Below are positions 16,555 through 26,933 of a stretch of DNA of 55,110 bases, one piece after another. Each line of letters starts with the position of its first letter. Position 1 is the first letter of the stretch. Made by a program: the position numbers and the translations under genes. The notes beneath the pieces are model-generated. The model ran no database searches, had not been told where the DNA came from, and worked only from the letters and a program-made list of their open reading frames with translations. Origin of the DNA: a virus (Duplodnaviria; Caudoviricetes); IMG/VR virus record IMGVR_UViG_3300018476_000016, positions 1 to 55,110 of that record, one strand, 5' to 3'.

Positions 16555-17776
16555 GGCGCCCCGGGCGCATGAACCTGACCCCGGTGACTTCCCAGCCCTG
16601 AGTGCAACCCAACACGTCGTACACGGTCGAGCCGGCTGGGAACTGGGACATCTTCTCGTCGGTCACCGGCAGGGCGAGGACATACACAGCCGGGCCCATG
16701 GGCATGTAGGTGTCGACCAGGTCCACGCGCCGTGACGGGTTGTTCTGCTTGATGAGCCGGGCGAGCATGACCCCGGGCGACCCGTCCTGGTAGTACACGC
16801 CGGGCTTGTACGCGGCACCGCACACGATGATGGGCAGGTCGAACACGCGGGCGACCATGCCGACCTCGGTGGCCATGTGGTCGAACTGGTCCAGGCGCCA
16901 CTGGGCGATGTCATCGAACACGTCGGGGGGGCCGTCCGGGCCCATAGCGTCGCACACAGCGGACATGGCAGCCATGTCGCGTGGACGGCACGCACCCCCG
17001 TCGGGCATCCCGGCCCGTGGCACCCAACCGTGGTCACGGACCAGGCGCAGGCCCATGGTGACCACGTCGATGTCCGCGTTGACATAGTCACAGAGCGGGA
17101 CAAGCGAGTTGATGTACTGGATCTTCATGAACTGGATGGCGTTGGACGCCATCTTGATGACCTCAGCCTCAGCGATGGTCGCTGGCACCAGCGGGAACAT
17201 CTTGGCGAGGAACACGCTGCGCCACAGTTCCGCGACGACCCGATGGGCTTCGTTGCTGTCCGCCCCGACCAGTAGCGCGTAAGGGTCGAGCAGGTCACGC
17301 TCAATGCTGCCGAGTGAGATGAACGACGGGGAGTACACCAAGGTGACCATGGGTCCGACCAGGTTGTCCAGGCGCTTGGCGAACGTACCGGGGGCCACAG
17401 TGGACAGGACCACCACGGTCAGTGGCTGCGCCTTCACGGCGGTCGCAGCCGTGTTGATGTCGGTGAGCGCGGACTCCAGGTACGAGTAGTCGAAGTCCTG
17501 CGGCTTCGACCACCGCGACACCTTCTCCGACGTGTCCGGTGGGGTCGGGGTAGCCACACACACGTACACCACGTCCGAGGCTGACACCAGGTGCGTAATG
17601 TCCTCCGCGAAGTCCAGGACACCACGGTGGATCGGCTCCGGGAAGGAGTCCAGGCGGTCCAGTACCTCGTCCTCAGACTGGACGTCGTAGCCAAGGACCT
17701 CGTGGCCACCGTGGTAGCGCAGCACCTGCGCCAGGACCAGGCCCACCTTGCCCAGGCCCACTACACCGATCCTCAT
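16544..17776 (-). CDS. UDP-glucose/GDP-mannose dehydrogenase family protein
   Basis: VVGLGKVG, CVATP, STVAPG, AEVIKMASNA, GGACRPRD (catalytic Cys), AYKPG. Confidence 0.92.
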   Translation of the reverse strand: MRIGVVGLGKVGLVLAQVLRYHGGHEVLGYDVQSEDEVLDRLDSFPEPIHRGVLDFAEDITHLVSASDVVYVCVATPTPPDTSEKVSRWSKPQDFDYSYLESALTDINTAATAVKAQPLTVVVLSTVAPGTFAKRLDNLVGPMVTLVYSPSFISLGSIERDLLDPYALLVGADSNEAHRVVAELWRSVFLAKMFPLVPATIAEAEVIKMASNAIQFMKIQYINSLVPLCDYVNADIDVVTMGLRLVRDHGWVPRAGMPDGGACRPRDMAAMSAVCDAMGPDGPPDVFDDIAQWRLDQFDHMATEVGMVARVFDLPIIVCGAAYKPGVYYQDGSPGVMLARLIKQNNPSRRVDLVDTYMPMGPAVYVLALPVTDEKMSQFPAGSTVYDVLGCTQGWEVTGVRFMRPGRRDG

Positions 17777-19002
17777 GCCGGGTCCTCCACTCGGGTGTCC
17801 GTGTACACGCGCACATCGGGCAGCGGGAACACCATCGCCCCACCGTCGTGCAGGAACTGCTGCTCGCGGGCCAGGAACGCGTCCTTGTGCCACCACGGCC
17901 CGACCAGCAGGGTGTCCGGTGGGTCCGCGCGCATCGTCTCCTCGCTCACGATCGGCACACCGACCGGCGAGAACCACTTACCCACCTTCTCGTCCTGGCG
18001 CTCCACGGCCTGACGGATATGCCGGTGGTCGATCCCTGCCGCCTGCCACAGGACCGCGCCACGCGTGGACGCCCCGTAGATGTCGATGCTCTGACCGAGG
18101 TCAGCGAGGTCGTTGACGAGGTCACGCAACTCTTCGATGTTGTTGCGGGCCGTGTCCGCGAACTGGAGGTACGTGCCGGGTAGGTGCAGCCCGTACTGCG
18201 CCTCCACGTCGTGGGCCTTGCCCACCGACCGGGGCTCAGGCCACTGGCTGTCCGCGTGGACCACCACAGTGCGGATGACGCCACCGTTGACGTTGGACCG
18301 CTCCACCTTGACGACCCTCAGGTTGTGGCGGTTCAGCAGGGTGGACAGGGTGTTGAGGGAGAAGTAGGTCAGGTGCTCGTGGCACACGTTGTCCACAGCC
18401 CCCTGCTGGAGCATGTCGAGCAGGTAGTTCTGCTGGATGACCCACACACCCTCGGGCGCCAGGACCGACTTGACCTCCGACACGAACCCGTTAAGGTCAT
18501 CGATGTCGTAGAACATCGAGATGGATGTGACCACATCAAAAAGACGCCCGTCACAAGCCTTCGCCGTGAAGAAATCGTCAGTGACCACATCCGCGTGCTG
18601 TTCGGCTTCTACCTTGAACTTGGTGACCGGGTCGAACCCGTGACGGTAGAAGGACTTGGGGACGAACGACAGCAGGGTCCCGTCATTACTGGCGATGTCC
18701 AGCCATGAACCGCTACGGACGTAGTCCAGACCGGTCCAGACGACACGCTTCAGGTCGTTGACGATGCCCTCGTTCACACCCGACCGGAACCCGTAGTTGT
18801 CGGTGTACAGGTTCGTGCGGTCCACGGTGTGCGCCAACTGGACCAGGCCACAACCGAGGTCGCAGCGCACCAGTTCCAGTGGCGCCGATGGCGGCTTGGA
18901 ACCGTCCGGGCGGAAGTCGGACAGGTACTGGTGGCCGAGGTCCAGGACCGTCCACAGGTCCCCTTCCCCGCACGACCGGCACCGCGTGATGGCCTCAAAC
19001 AC
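17773..19002 (-). CDS. NDP-hexose C-methyltransferase (EryBIII/TylC3-like)
   Basis: CRSCG..LDLGHQ, C..CGLVQL zinc site, DIASNDGTLL, CHEHLTYFS, YGASTRG. Confidence 0.9.
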   Translation of the reverse strand: MFEAITRCRSCGEGDLWTVLDLGHQYLSDFRPDGSKPPSAPLELVRCDLGCGLVQLAHTVDRTNLYTDNYGFRSGVNEGIVNDLKRVVWTGLDYVRSGSWLDIASNDGTLLSFVPKSFYRHGFDPVTKFKVEAEQHADVVTDDFFTAKACDGRLFDVVTSISMFYDIDDLNGFVSEVKSVLAPEGVWVIQQNYLLDMLQQGAVDNVCHEHLTYFSLNTLSTLLNRHNLRVVKVERSNVNGGVIRTVVVHADSQWPEPRSVGKAHDVEAQYGLHLPGTYLQFADTARNNIEELRDLVNDLADLGQSIDIYGASTRGAVLWQAAGIDHRHIRQAVERQDEKVGKWFSPVGVPIVSEETMRADPPDTLLVGPWWHKDAFLAREQQFLHDGGAMVFPLPDVRVYTDTRVEDPA

Positions 19003-19888
19003 AACGTCTCCAGTAGTCCAGGGTGGTGCTCAGTGTCTCCTCGAACGGTACGGTCGGCGACCATCCGGTGAGCCCACGGAACCTGGCACTGGACACGACC
19101 GGTGCGACCGCGTTCGCGGACCGGAACAGCGTCTCCGCAGAGTCAAGGACCACGGGCCCGTCCGCCATGGTCACCAGTGACGCGAGAACGGATCTCATGG
19201 TGACGGAGGTCTCCGTGCTGACATTATAGACCGCTGACGGCAGTTCGATGGCCCGCACATAGGCGTTGACCACGTCGTGTACGTCAAGGTAGGAGCGGAC
19301 CGCGTCCAGGTTCCCGTGCCGGACCGGTGCACCCGTCTTCTCCGCCAGCGCCACCCGTCGCGCGAACGCGGACACCGCATAGGTGCGCTGCTGGCCCGGA
19401 CCGGTGTGGTTCGTGGTGCGGGTGACGACCACCGGGACACCGTAGCGTTCCCCGTAGTTGAGCGCGGACAGCCCGGCAGCCAGCTTGGACACCCCGTACA
19501 GGGACGTGGGCCGGGGGCGGGTGTCCTCGGTGATGGGGCCCTCATGCCCGTCGTAGCCGTACTCCTCGGACGTACCGGTCACGAGCACCCGGGCGTCCGA
19601 GCCGGCCTGACGGATGGCCTCCATCAGGTTGACCGTACCCAGCGTGTTGATGTTGAAAGCGCGTCGGGTGTCCGAGGTCGACTCAGGCACGTAGGCCAGG
19701 GCGGCGAGGTGGTACACGTAGTCCGGTTGGACCCGGTCGATGGCACGACGGACCGAGTCGTAGTCGCGGATGTCATCGGTGGAGTCCAGGGACACGTCGA
19801 ACCCGCACACGTCATGGCCGTCACCCTCCAGGCGCCTGGACAGGTGTCGGCCAACGAACCCGTTCGACCCGGTGACCAGGACCCTCAT
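18995..19888 (-). CDS. NAD-dependent sugar epimerase/4-ketoreductase (Rmd/Gmd-like extended SDR)
   Basis: TGSNGFVG, YGVSK, NHTGPGQ, GNLDAVRSYLDVHDVV.AY. Confidence 0.9.
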   Translation of the reverse strand: MRVLVTGSNGFVGRHLSRRLEGDGHDVCGFDVSLDSTDDIRDYDSVRRAIDRVQPDYVYHLAALAYVPESTSDTRRAFNINTLGTVNLMEAIRQAGSDARVLVTGTSEEYGYDGHEGPITEDTRPRPTSLYGVSKLAAGLSALNYGERYGVPVVVTRTTNHTGPGQQRTYAVSAFARRVALAEKTGAPVRHGNLDAVRSYLDVHDVVNAYVRAIELPSAVYNVSTETSVTMRSVLASLVTMADGPVVLDSAETLFRSANAVAPVVSSARFRGLTGWSPTVPFEETLSTTLDYWRRCV

Positions 19889-20556
19889 GACTGCCCCCTC
19901 CACTGCTCCAGTGCCGCGACGACCTTCTCCACGTCCTTACCGCGCAGCGCGGACAGTTCCTCACCGTAGTAGTCATGGGTGGCGTAGTTGCCGCTCGTCT
20001 CACGGAAGATGTCGTCGTGGTTGTTGCCGGTCAGGTCTGCGCGGTCGTGGAACGCCTCCACGGCGGTCGGGTGGTAGACGCCTGCCCCCGAGGCCACGTC
20101 CGTGACCCACGTGTCGCAGTGCCGGGACAGGGAGAAGTGCCCCATCGCCTGGATGAGCAGTTTGTGGACCACGGGGAAGATGTTGTGCGGGGCCTGGTTG
20201 GTCTGCAACGACAGCGTGCCGACCGGCATGGACTCCACCACCGTGTCCCAGCCCTGGGTACGCATGACCGCGTCGTCGTTCCACAGCATCATCCAGTCAC
20301 CGCTGGCACTGTTGGCCATGAAGTTGTAGTACCGCTCGAACTGGGCGTACCCGAACCGTTCGTAGGCCATCAGGTACCGCACGCCCGGGAACTGGCGCCA
20401 CAGGTCCAGGGCGGTGTCCCCGGTCCTCGGGTCGTCGGGGTCCCCGCAGATGAGGACCTCCACGCCACCTGGCCTGTCAGCGGTGTCGTACAGCGAGGCG
20501 ACGCTGCGGATGAGCAGGTCCGACCGGTGCCGGGACGGCAGGAGCGCGGAGATCAT
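19885..20556 (-). CDS. Glycosyltransferase (GT-A/GT2-like)
   Basis: ISALLPSR.R, D.DD, WNDD, GWD, DTW. Confidence 0.82.
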   Translation of the reverse strand: MISALLPSRHRSDLLIRSVASLYDTADRPGGVEVLICGDPDDPRTGDTALDLWRQFPGVRYLMAYERFGYAQFERYYNFMANSASGDWMMLWNDDAVMRTQGWDTVVESMPVGTLSLQTNQAPHNIFPVVHKLLIQAMGHFSLSRHCDTWVTDVASGAGVYHPTAVEAFHDRADLTGNNHDDIFRETSGNYATHDYYGEELSALRGKDVEKVVAALEQWRGQS

Positions 20557-20864
20557 TCCTCGTGCTCGCATTCCTCGTAGTCCTTGGCCAGGAGTGCCTG
20601 GCGCAGTTCACGCATGACGGACCCTTGGGCCACGAACGCGATCATTATCCCGAGCCCGGCCAACCCGATCTCCCCGTCCTGGCGGAACAGGTGCCAGTAG
20701 AACGAGAACCACCCACAGGCCCACACGACGATCCGGCCAGCCATGAGGGCCCGGTCAGGACCGTCCGCCTCCCGCCACCACGTACCGATGCCCTCGTGCT
20801 CCTGGATGTACTTGCGGTCAAGCGATGACTGTGGCGCTCTTCGCTCGCCCTCGTTCGATGTCAT
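20553..20864 (-). CDS. Membrane protein
   Basis: Two TM segments. Confidence 0.55.
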   Translation of the reverse strand: MTSNEGERRAPQSSLDRKYIQEHEGIGTWWREADGPDRALMAGRIVVWACGWFSFYWHLFRQDGEIGLAGLGIMIAFVAQGSVMRELRQALLAKDYEECEHEE

Positions 20865-21903
20865 AGGCACGCTGCCAGACCTCCGCCCATCTCCACGCGT
20901 TCGTCTCGTACGTCTGGCGGAACATGTACTCACGACCAGCCTGCGCCTGTTCCTTGCGCAAGGCGTCGTCATCCATGAGCGCCTTGACCTTGGTGTACCA
21001 GTCCTTGGGGCCCTCTGCCAGGAAGCCACACCCCGAGTCCTTTGCCAGCTTACGGTACTCAGCCCTGGGGGAGGCGACCCATGGGACACCAACCGACATC
21101 ATCTCGATGCCCTTCAGCCTGGACTTGGACGCGTTGAACGCAGTGTTGTCCAGCGGCACGATACCCACGTCGAGCGTGTCCGCGACGGTCTTGGCATAGC
21201 GCTCCAGGCCCACCGAGCCGGTCATCTCTGGGCGGAACGGCAACCGGAACGCAGCCCTGCACCCCTCGTCCCCACCCACGATCCGGAACCTGTACCCGTC
21301 ATCGATGAGCTTCTTGATGGGTTGGGACACCACCTGCGGGTCGTTGGGGTGGCTCCTGGTGGTCCCGGCCCACCCGAACGCGCCGGTCTCCTGGCGGGGG
21401 AAGGTGAGGTACGCGGACGGGACGTAGTTGTCCAGGACCGCGCCCCGGCCGTGGCGGGCGTATGTCTTCTGGAGCGCGGCTGTGGATGTGGTGACCAGGG
21501 TGGCTGCTTTGCAGGACGTGTCGGAGTGGCGCCAGGAGAACGGTGTCCCGGAGTCGTGGCGGTAGATGTGGTACGCGGCGTTGTTGGGGTGGATGTTGGA
21601 CATGTCGTCGTCCATGTCCACCACGACCGCGACGCCATTCGACCGCAGGATCTGGATCATGCTGGGGATGGCGGGGAACGCTGGCCGCTGGATCACGATC
21701 ACGTCCGCGTCCTCAGGGATCACCACCGACGTGAGCCGCTGTACCCCGTTGGCGTCCGTGGTCGTCTTCGCCTCGAACCCCGTCGTCTTGCTCGGCGGGA
21801 TCACGTGGACGTTGAAACCGGCACGCTTCAGCACGTCAGCCGGCCAGATCAACCGGTAGTGGCCGCATCCATGCGAGTCCGCAGGGAGCACGTAGACCTT
21901 CAC
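20818..21903 (-). CDS. Glycosyltransferase (GT-B, GT4-like)
   Basis: GCGHYRLIWPA, VVDMDD, GWAG, DVGIVPL...FN.SKS.LK.IE. Confidence 0.9.
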   Translation of the reverse strand: MKVYVLPADSHGCGHYRLIWPADVLKRAGFNVHVIPPSKTTGFEAKTTTDANGVQRLTSVVIPEDADVIVIQRPAFPAIPSMIQILRSNGVAVVVDMDDDMSNIHPNNAAYHIYRHDSGTPFSWRHSDTSCKAATLVTTSTAALQKTYARHGRGAVLDNYVPSAYLTFPRQETGAFGWAGTTRSHPNDPQVVSQPIKKLIDDGYRFRIVGGDEGCRAAFRLPFRPEMTGSVGLERYAKTVADTLDVGIVPLDNTAFNASKSRLKGIEMMSVGVPWVASPRAEYRKLAKDSGCGFLAEGPKDWYTKVKALMDDDALRKEQAQAGREYMFRQTYETNAWRWAEVWQRAYDIERGRAKSATVIA

Positions 21904-21932
21904 TGGAACCTCCCCAGGGTGTTGTTGCGTGG

Positions 21933-22643
21933 TTACGTCAGGTCAGGCCCCAGGAACGACACGTCCAGTTGGGCACCACCATCCGTGTCGGCAAGGATCG
22001 TCAGGTTCACGCCCGCGTTCTGGATGCCACGCACACCGATGTAGTCACCCACCACCAGGTAGGCGTCCTGGGCGCAGGACACCTGGGCGGTGCCGTTCGC
22101 AGGCGCCTGGACCGACGTGCCGGCCAGCGTGTTGATGCCGGACGTGGTGCCGTTCTTGTTGATGAACACCGACCGTCGGGAGGTGGCGTTCACGTCGTAC
22201 ACGATGCGGGCACACAGGTGGTACCAGCCGTCGACCGGGACGTTCCACCGTGACGGGTTGGTGCTTGCCCCCCACCCGCCGAACGGGTCGTACTCGGCTG
22301 ACCCGAAGTCCACGAACGTGGCAGCACCAGACACCCAGGACTGGTCTGCGGTCTGACGTAGCTTGGCGACCTTCCCGCCGGGGAACGGCCCGGCGTCGTT
22401 GACCCCGATCACGAACACGGCCCCAGGAGGGATCAGGAGACAGGTGACCCGGGTGCCAATGGTCTGGGTGCCGGTGAGGAACGTGGCCTCGATCTCGGTG
22501 GCGTCCTCGTCCCCGTCCAGGATCACCTCGGTGGGTGAGGCGACGGAGGCCCGACGTATGGACCAGGTCAGTCCGAGCCGGCGGGCGTTCGAGACGAGCG
22601 CCTTCTGACCAGCAATCGCCGCTGTCAGGTCATCACCGGTCAT
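21933..22643 (-). CDS. Minor tail / receptor-binding protein
   Basis: End of the tail module; C1q-like C-terminal beta domain (VPVDGWY..GDYI). Confidence 0.7.
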   Translation of the reverse strand: MTGDDLTAAIAGQKALVSNARRLGLTWSIRRASVASPTEVILDGDEDATEIEATFLTGTQTIGTRVTCLLIPPGAVFVIGVNDAGPFPGGKVAKLRQTADQSWVSGAATFVDFGSAEYDPFGGWGASTNPSRWNVPVDGWYHLCARIVYDVNATSRRSVFINKNGTTSGINTLAGTSVQAPANGTAQVSCAQDAYLVVGDYIGVRGIQNAGVNLTILADTDGGAQLDVSFLGPDLT

Positions 22644-23698
22644 GAGTAGACCTTACGCATCGTGTGACTCATTCCGCCGCCGGCTTCCAGGTCCATGGCC
22701 CATCCGAGTTCCAGCCACTTCTCGCCCTGCCAGATGACCACATCATAAGAGTCATGGCGGGGGTCCAGCGCGGTCACGAGGCTCACCCGTTCGGCCACAG
22801 TCTGCGTGATCGCCAGCGATTGGGCCATTGCGACCGCTTGGGCGGTGTCGTTGGCCTGGAGGTCCAACACCTCAGGGACGGCGAAGCCACGGTTGGCGAT
22901 CGAGTGGGGGGCCGAGTCGGGGATGTTCGCGGTCCCGGTGACCGCAGCGGTGCCGGGACCAGCGTTGGAGATGACCACGTACTGGTTCGGTGCGGTGAGG
23001 GTGTCGTCGGTGTGCACGATCGAGTCCCGGTTGACGGCGTTACCGGCGTCGAAGTCGAAGTTGGGGACCGAGTCCGCCGGGTTGAAACTGCGGATGAACC
23101 GCAGCACCCGGTTGTTGTCGAACCACGGTGAGAACATGTCACCGGTCAGCGCCAACGCCTCCAGGACCTGTCCACGGTTGGCTCCCGGCCCCCAGTTCTG
23201 GATGGAGAACAACCCGTCCGTGGCAGCGATGACCTTGGTGTAGTCGAATGGGGCCAGGACCTCTTGGATGACCACGTTGACCAGCCGGTTACGGCCACTG
23301 ATCCCGGACGTGACCTGCTGATCGATGATGATCATTTCGTCGGTCATGGCGGCAGCCGCCAACTGCCCGTTGAGGAAGTCCTGGCGGGGGTAGTCGGTGA
23401 ACACGTACCGACCCAGTGGGTAGTCCACGCCAGCCACGGTCATGGTCACGTCGACACGGTCACTGGCCGGGTTGATGTCGGCCGCGTCGGTGACCCCCAG
23501 CGCCAGACGCAACTGCCGTTTGATCGTGCGCGTCGTGTCGTGGGTCAGGGTGGCGGTACGGATCGGGTGGATCTCCCCCAGTTGCTGGTTCGTGGCCCCG
23601 TTCATGAGGGTGAACCGGAACGACTGGGTAACCTGCCCTACGCCCGCGTACAGGTCGATGAACGTGTCAGCCAGGGCCAACTTCCGGTCAATGATCAC
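22640..23698 (-). CDS. Minor tail (hub-type) protein
   Basis: Position; YPLG.Y, PN.YVV, DPRH. Confidence 0.75.
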   Translation of the reverse strand: MIIDRKLALADTFIDLYAGVGQVTQSFRFTLMNGATNQQLGEIHPIRTATLTHDTTRTIKRQLRLALGVTDAADINPASDRVDVTMTVAGVDYPLGRYVFTDYPRQDFLNGQLAAAAMTDEMIIIDQQVTSGISGRNRLVNVVIQEVLAPFDYTKVIAATDGLFSIQNWGPGANRGQVLEALALTGDMFSPWFDNNRVLRFIRSFNPADSVPNFDFDAGNAVNRDSIVHTDDTLTAPNQYVVISNAGPGTAAVTGTANIPDSAPHSIANRGFAVPEVLDLQANDTAQAVAMAQSLAITQTVAERVSLVTALDPRHDSYDVVIWQGEKWLELGWAMDLEAGGGMSHTMRKVYS

Positions 23699-26600
23699 GG
23701 GGCCACCGCCGGGTCCACCGGGAACGGTGTGTCCGTCACCTCGGCCACGTTCACCTGCGCCATGTTCAGGTGCCCTGCGGCCACCATCCGCTTGCGGTTG
23801 CCCTGCGGCACCATGATCGTCGCGTACCAGCGGTTGCCCAGTTCGTCACGCACGCACACGTACGGCAACTGGTCCCATGCCATGTCCCGGATCGACTTGA
23901 ACCCGTTCGCCCTCGCGGCGGCAGGGATCCCCAGGGCGTTGATGAGCACGTTGCGGGAGAACGTCTCACCACCCCGCTCGACTGGACGGAACGCGGTCGG
24001 GAAGTTCTTGTCGTACATGGGCTGGAACACGGTCTGCTGACCCTCGGGCCACGCGAAGTCCTCCTGCGGGTTGCCGTCCCACGCCGACGAGTACGCCAGG
24101 ACCCTACTGCCGTCCTGGCGGTAGTTGGACGACAACATGAGCAGGCCCACGGTGGCACCGACCACGCCCGGGGCTGTGGACGTGCCCGTTACCTGCGGGG
24201 ACCACACCCCGGCGAAGTCGTACACGTTACGGGTGCGCCACCGGTAGACCGGGGGGACACCGATGCGGTACTCCCAGTCGGTGAACCCGGTGACGGCAGC
24301 CTGACTGCTCAACATGATCGTGGTGAACTGGGCGTCGACCGAGTCGTAGCGTTGCAGTTCGATGGCCCCGAAGTCGGAGGACTGGGCGGTGAAGTGGTCG
24401 AAGAACACGTTGATCACACCGCCACCGGCGTTCGTGTCCGCCGAGATGAGCGCCAACTGGTTGCCGGTCAGCAGGGAGTTGTCAGTGGCCATGACCATCC
24501 AGACCGGGGGCTCCGGCTGGGTGTCCATCCAGATACGGGCCATCACCTGGTTCCCGGACACGCGTGCCCGCATGTGGAACACCGTCGGGACAGCCCACTG
24601 GAGTCCAGGCACCGTGTAGCTGGTGACCGTGGACAGCACGCCCGCGACCCGCTTGTTGATGGAGAAGTCCACCGCACCCGTGGAGGACAGGATCACCTGC
24701 GGCCGGTAGTAGTTGTTGTTGTCGGTGCGACGCAACTGCACCCCGATGACCAGGCCCGTGGTGTCCAGGGCGTCAGCGGAGAAGTCGAACAGCACCTCCT
24801 GGTCCGGTGTGCCCACGTCGATGATCGACGCCATGGACGTGGCCGCAGCGGCCGGGTGGGAGTGGACCCCCTGCGTACCGTTGACCAGGTAGTTGGCTGC
24901 TGTGCCGTCCAGTGTCCACACCTGGCCCACATCGGTGGCGCCCCAGCTACCGGCCGCGACAGTACGGGTGAACGTGTCCAGTGACGCACCGGCCAGGAGG
25001 CCCCAGGTGATCCGTTTGTTGTCCATTGACCGTGGCACGCAGCCAGCCACCTGTGGCGGGCAGTTCGGGTCCGACACGACAAGGGCCGTGGACCCGGTGC
25101 CCACTGAGATGGTGCCTGAGGCCGGTTCGGTGGAGAAGATGACGAACGCGTCCGAGGCTGGGTCGTCGGTGGTCGCCGACACCATGGGGGCCCATCCAGG
25201 CACCCAGCCGAGGTTGACGATCGTCCCGGAGGCCGGCTCCCCGTAGGTGGCCGCACCGAGGGCGTACACGGCCGGGGTGCCCCAGTTGTTGCCCGGCACG
25301 CCAGACACCGCAATCGCCGAGGCGCCCAGCACCTCCCAGCGGTTGACAGCCATCTCCCCCGCTGCCGTCCAACGCCACTGCGGCAGGGACCCACCACCCA
25401 TCGCGGCCGGGGTCCCGAACCGTAGGGTGACTTCCTTCCACCCGTCGATGACCTCCGGGAGGGCGTCGAACTCGTTGGGGGTGATCTGTGCCGTGGAGGC
25501 CGGGAACACAGCCGACGACAGGACCAGCGGCACCGTTGTCGACCCATACCGGCGGGCCATGAACCGGACCTGGCTGTACGGGTTGGTGCCCGTGTCCACG
25601 TCGTCACGGATCTCCTGCGTGGCGGTCACGCTGCCCCACACCTCCGCGCGGGCCTGGAGGCCGTACGGGTGGGCGTCGGGGACCACGCCACCGGGCTGGT
25701 GGAGGGTGAACTGGGGGACGATGTCGGTGGGTTCAGCGGTGAACGTCTTCCCGACCACGGCCAGGTCGGTGTACGGGTACGGGACCCGGGTGAGGGTCCC
25801 GGCCACCGTGGGCAGCGGGTAGAGGTGGCGCAGCGTACTGGCCTGGATGTTCGGGTTGACCAGGTTCGGGTAGTAGCCCGACGCCAGGTGGAAGGGTCGC
25901 ATGGCGACGGTGAACGCACCCGGTCCGATGGTCGGACTGGAGGCCCTGGCCATGTTGCGGATGACGATCGAGTTCGTGGACGTCCACATCGTGGAGGACA
26001 CCGTCCCGCCGACGAGGACACGCGCCTCGTCGCAGTACAGCACCTCCAGGGCCATGTAGCCCCACTGGGTCTCCGAACTCGCCACACCACCAAGCCCGGA
26101 GGAGAAGTAGCCGACCCGGATGCCGTACCGGTTCGCTGCTGTGGCCTCGAACCGGGCCAGGTCGGCGGGGACCCACGGCAGCACCTCGCCGTTGGCGGGA
26201 CTGGTGGTGCCGTTCCAGAACGGGTTGAACCCGGGCAGCGCCACCCGGAACAGGGTCGCCCCTACCGCGCCGATGACAACGGACTGGGTGGCTGGCACGG
26301 TGGTGTCGTAGCGGGGCACCGCGTTGCCGCCACCGATGAAGTAGTTCTGTGCGTCGGAGGCCAGTTGCATGTTCAACCCGGCCTGCTGGAGCAGTTGCCG
26401 GGTGAGGATTTCCACGGCCCCGAAGTTGCGGAAAGCGTAGAGGACGTTGATACCGAGGATCCGCCGGCCGTTGAGCGCGTTGGCGAACGCGGCCCCGGAG
26501 AAGTAGGCAGTGAACCCCGGTGCCGTGCCGTAAGTGGCCCGGTACATCACAGACAGGGTGCCGGTGTCGTCAGCGTTGGAGAACGCAGAGGCGATGTTGG

Positions 26601-26931
26601 TGGCGTTGTTGAGGAAGATGTCCGCACCCGAACCTGTGGTGCTGCTGGCGTTGCAGGGGATGAGGACACGCCGGATCGGGCCCGACAGGGCTTCCTGGCC
26701 GGCCGGGTACACCTCCAGCGAGGCGGTCTGGCCGAAGTGGGTAAACCCGGTGCCCACCAACGGTTCGGGCACGTAGAAGCGGGCCTCGTTGACGGTGTAG
26801 TTGGCGGTCAGGGTGATCTGCTGGCCCCGGAAGTGGTCCGGGTTGCCCGCGACGAAGGTCTCGCTCTCCTCGCGGATCGGGACCCATTCCTGGCCGAGGA
26901 CGTGGGGACCGTACGGGTTGTAGTTGGCCAC
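23695..26931 (-). CDS. Large minor tail protein
   Basis: 1078 aa, beta-rich, follows the tape measure; DTFTRTV..SWG lectin-like module. Confidence 0.8.
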   Translation of the reverse strand: MANYNPYGPHVLGQEWVPIREESETFVAGNPDHFRGQQITLTANYTVNEARFYVPEPLVGTGFTHFGQTASLEVYPAGQEALSGPIRRVLIPCNASSTTGSGADIFLNNATNIASAFSNADDTGTLSVMYRATYGTAPGFTAYFSGAAFANALNGRRILGINVLYAFRNFGAVEILTRQLLQQAGLNMQLASDAQNYFIGGGNAVPRYDTTVPATQSVVIGAVGATLFRVALPGFNPFWNGTTSPANGEVLPWVPADLARFEATAANRYGIRVGYFSSGLGGVASSETQWGYMALEVLYCDEARVLVGGTVSSTMWTSTNSIVIRNMARASSPTIGPGAFTVAMRPFHLASGYYPNLVNPNIQASTLRHLYPLPTVAGTLTRVPYPYTDLAVVGKTFTAEPTDIVPQFTLHQPGGVVPDAHPYGLQARAEVWGSVTATQEIRDDVDTGTNPYSQVRFMARRYGSTTVPLVLSSAVFPASTAQITPNEFDALPEVIDGWKEVTLRFGTPAAMGGGSLPQWRWTAAGEMAVNRWEVLGASAIAVSGVPGNNWGTPAVYALGAATYGEPASGTIVNLGWVPGWAPMVSATTDDPASDAFVIFSTEPASGTISVGTGSTALVVSDPNCPPQVAGCVPRSMDNKRITWGLLAGASLDTFTRTVAAGSWGATDVGQVWTLDGTAANYLVNGTQGVHSHPAAAATSMASIIDVGTPDQEVLFDFSADALDTTGLVIGVQLRRTDNNNYYRPQVILSSTGAVDFSINKRVAGVLSTVTSYTVPGLQWAVPTVFHMRARVSGNQVMARIWMDTQPEPPVWMVMATDNSLLTGNQLALISADTNAGGGVINVFFDHFTAQSSDFGAIELQRYDSVDAQFTTIMLSSQAAVTGFTDWEYRIGVPPVYRWRTRNVYDFAGVWSPQVTGTSTAPGVVGATVGLLMLSSNYRQDGSRVLAYSSAWDGNPQEDFAWPEGQQTVFQPMYDKNFPTAFRPVERGGETFSRNVLINALGIPAAARANGFKSIRDMAWDQLPYVCVRDELGNRWYATIMVPQGNRKRMVAAGHLNMAQVNVAEVTDTPFPVDPAVAP

Positions 26932-26933
26932 CG

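Noticed and set aside
21933-26931. Diversity-generating retroelement or invertible tail-fibre cassette
   Set aside because: No reverse transcriptase, invertase or template/variable repeat pair seen
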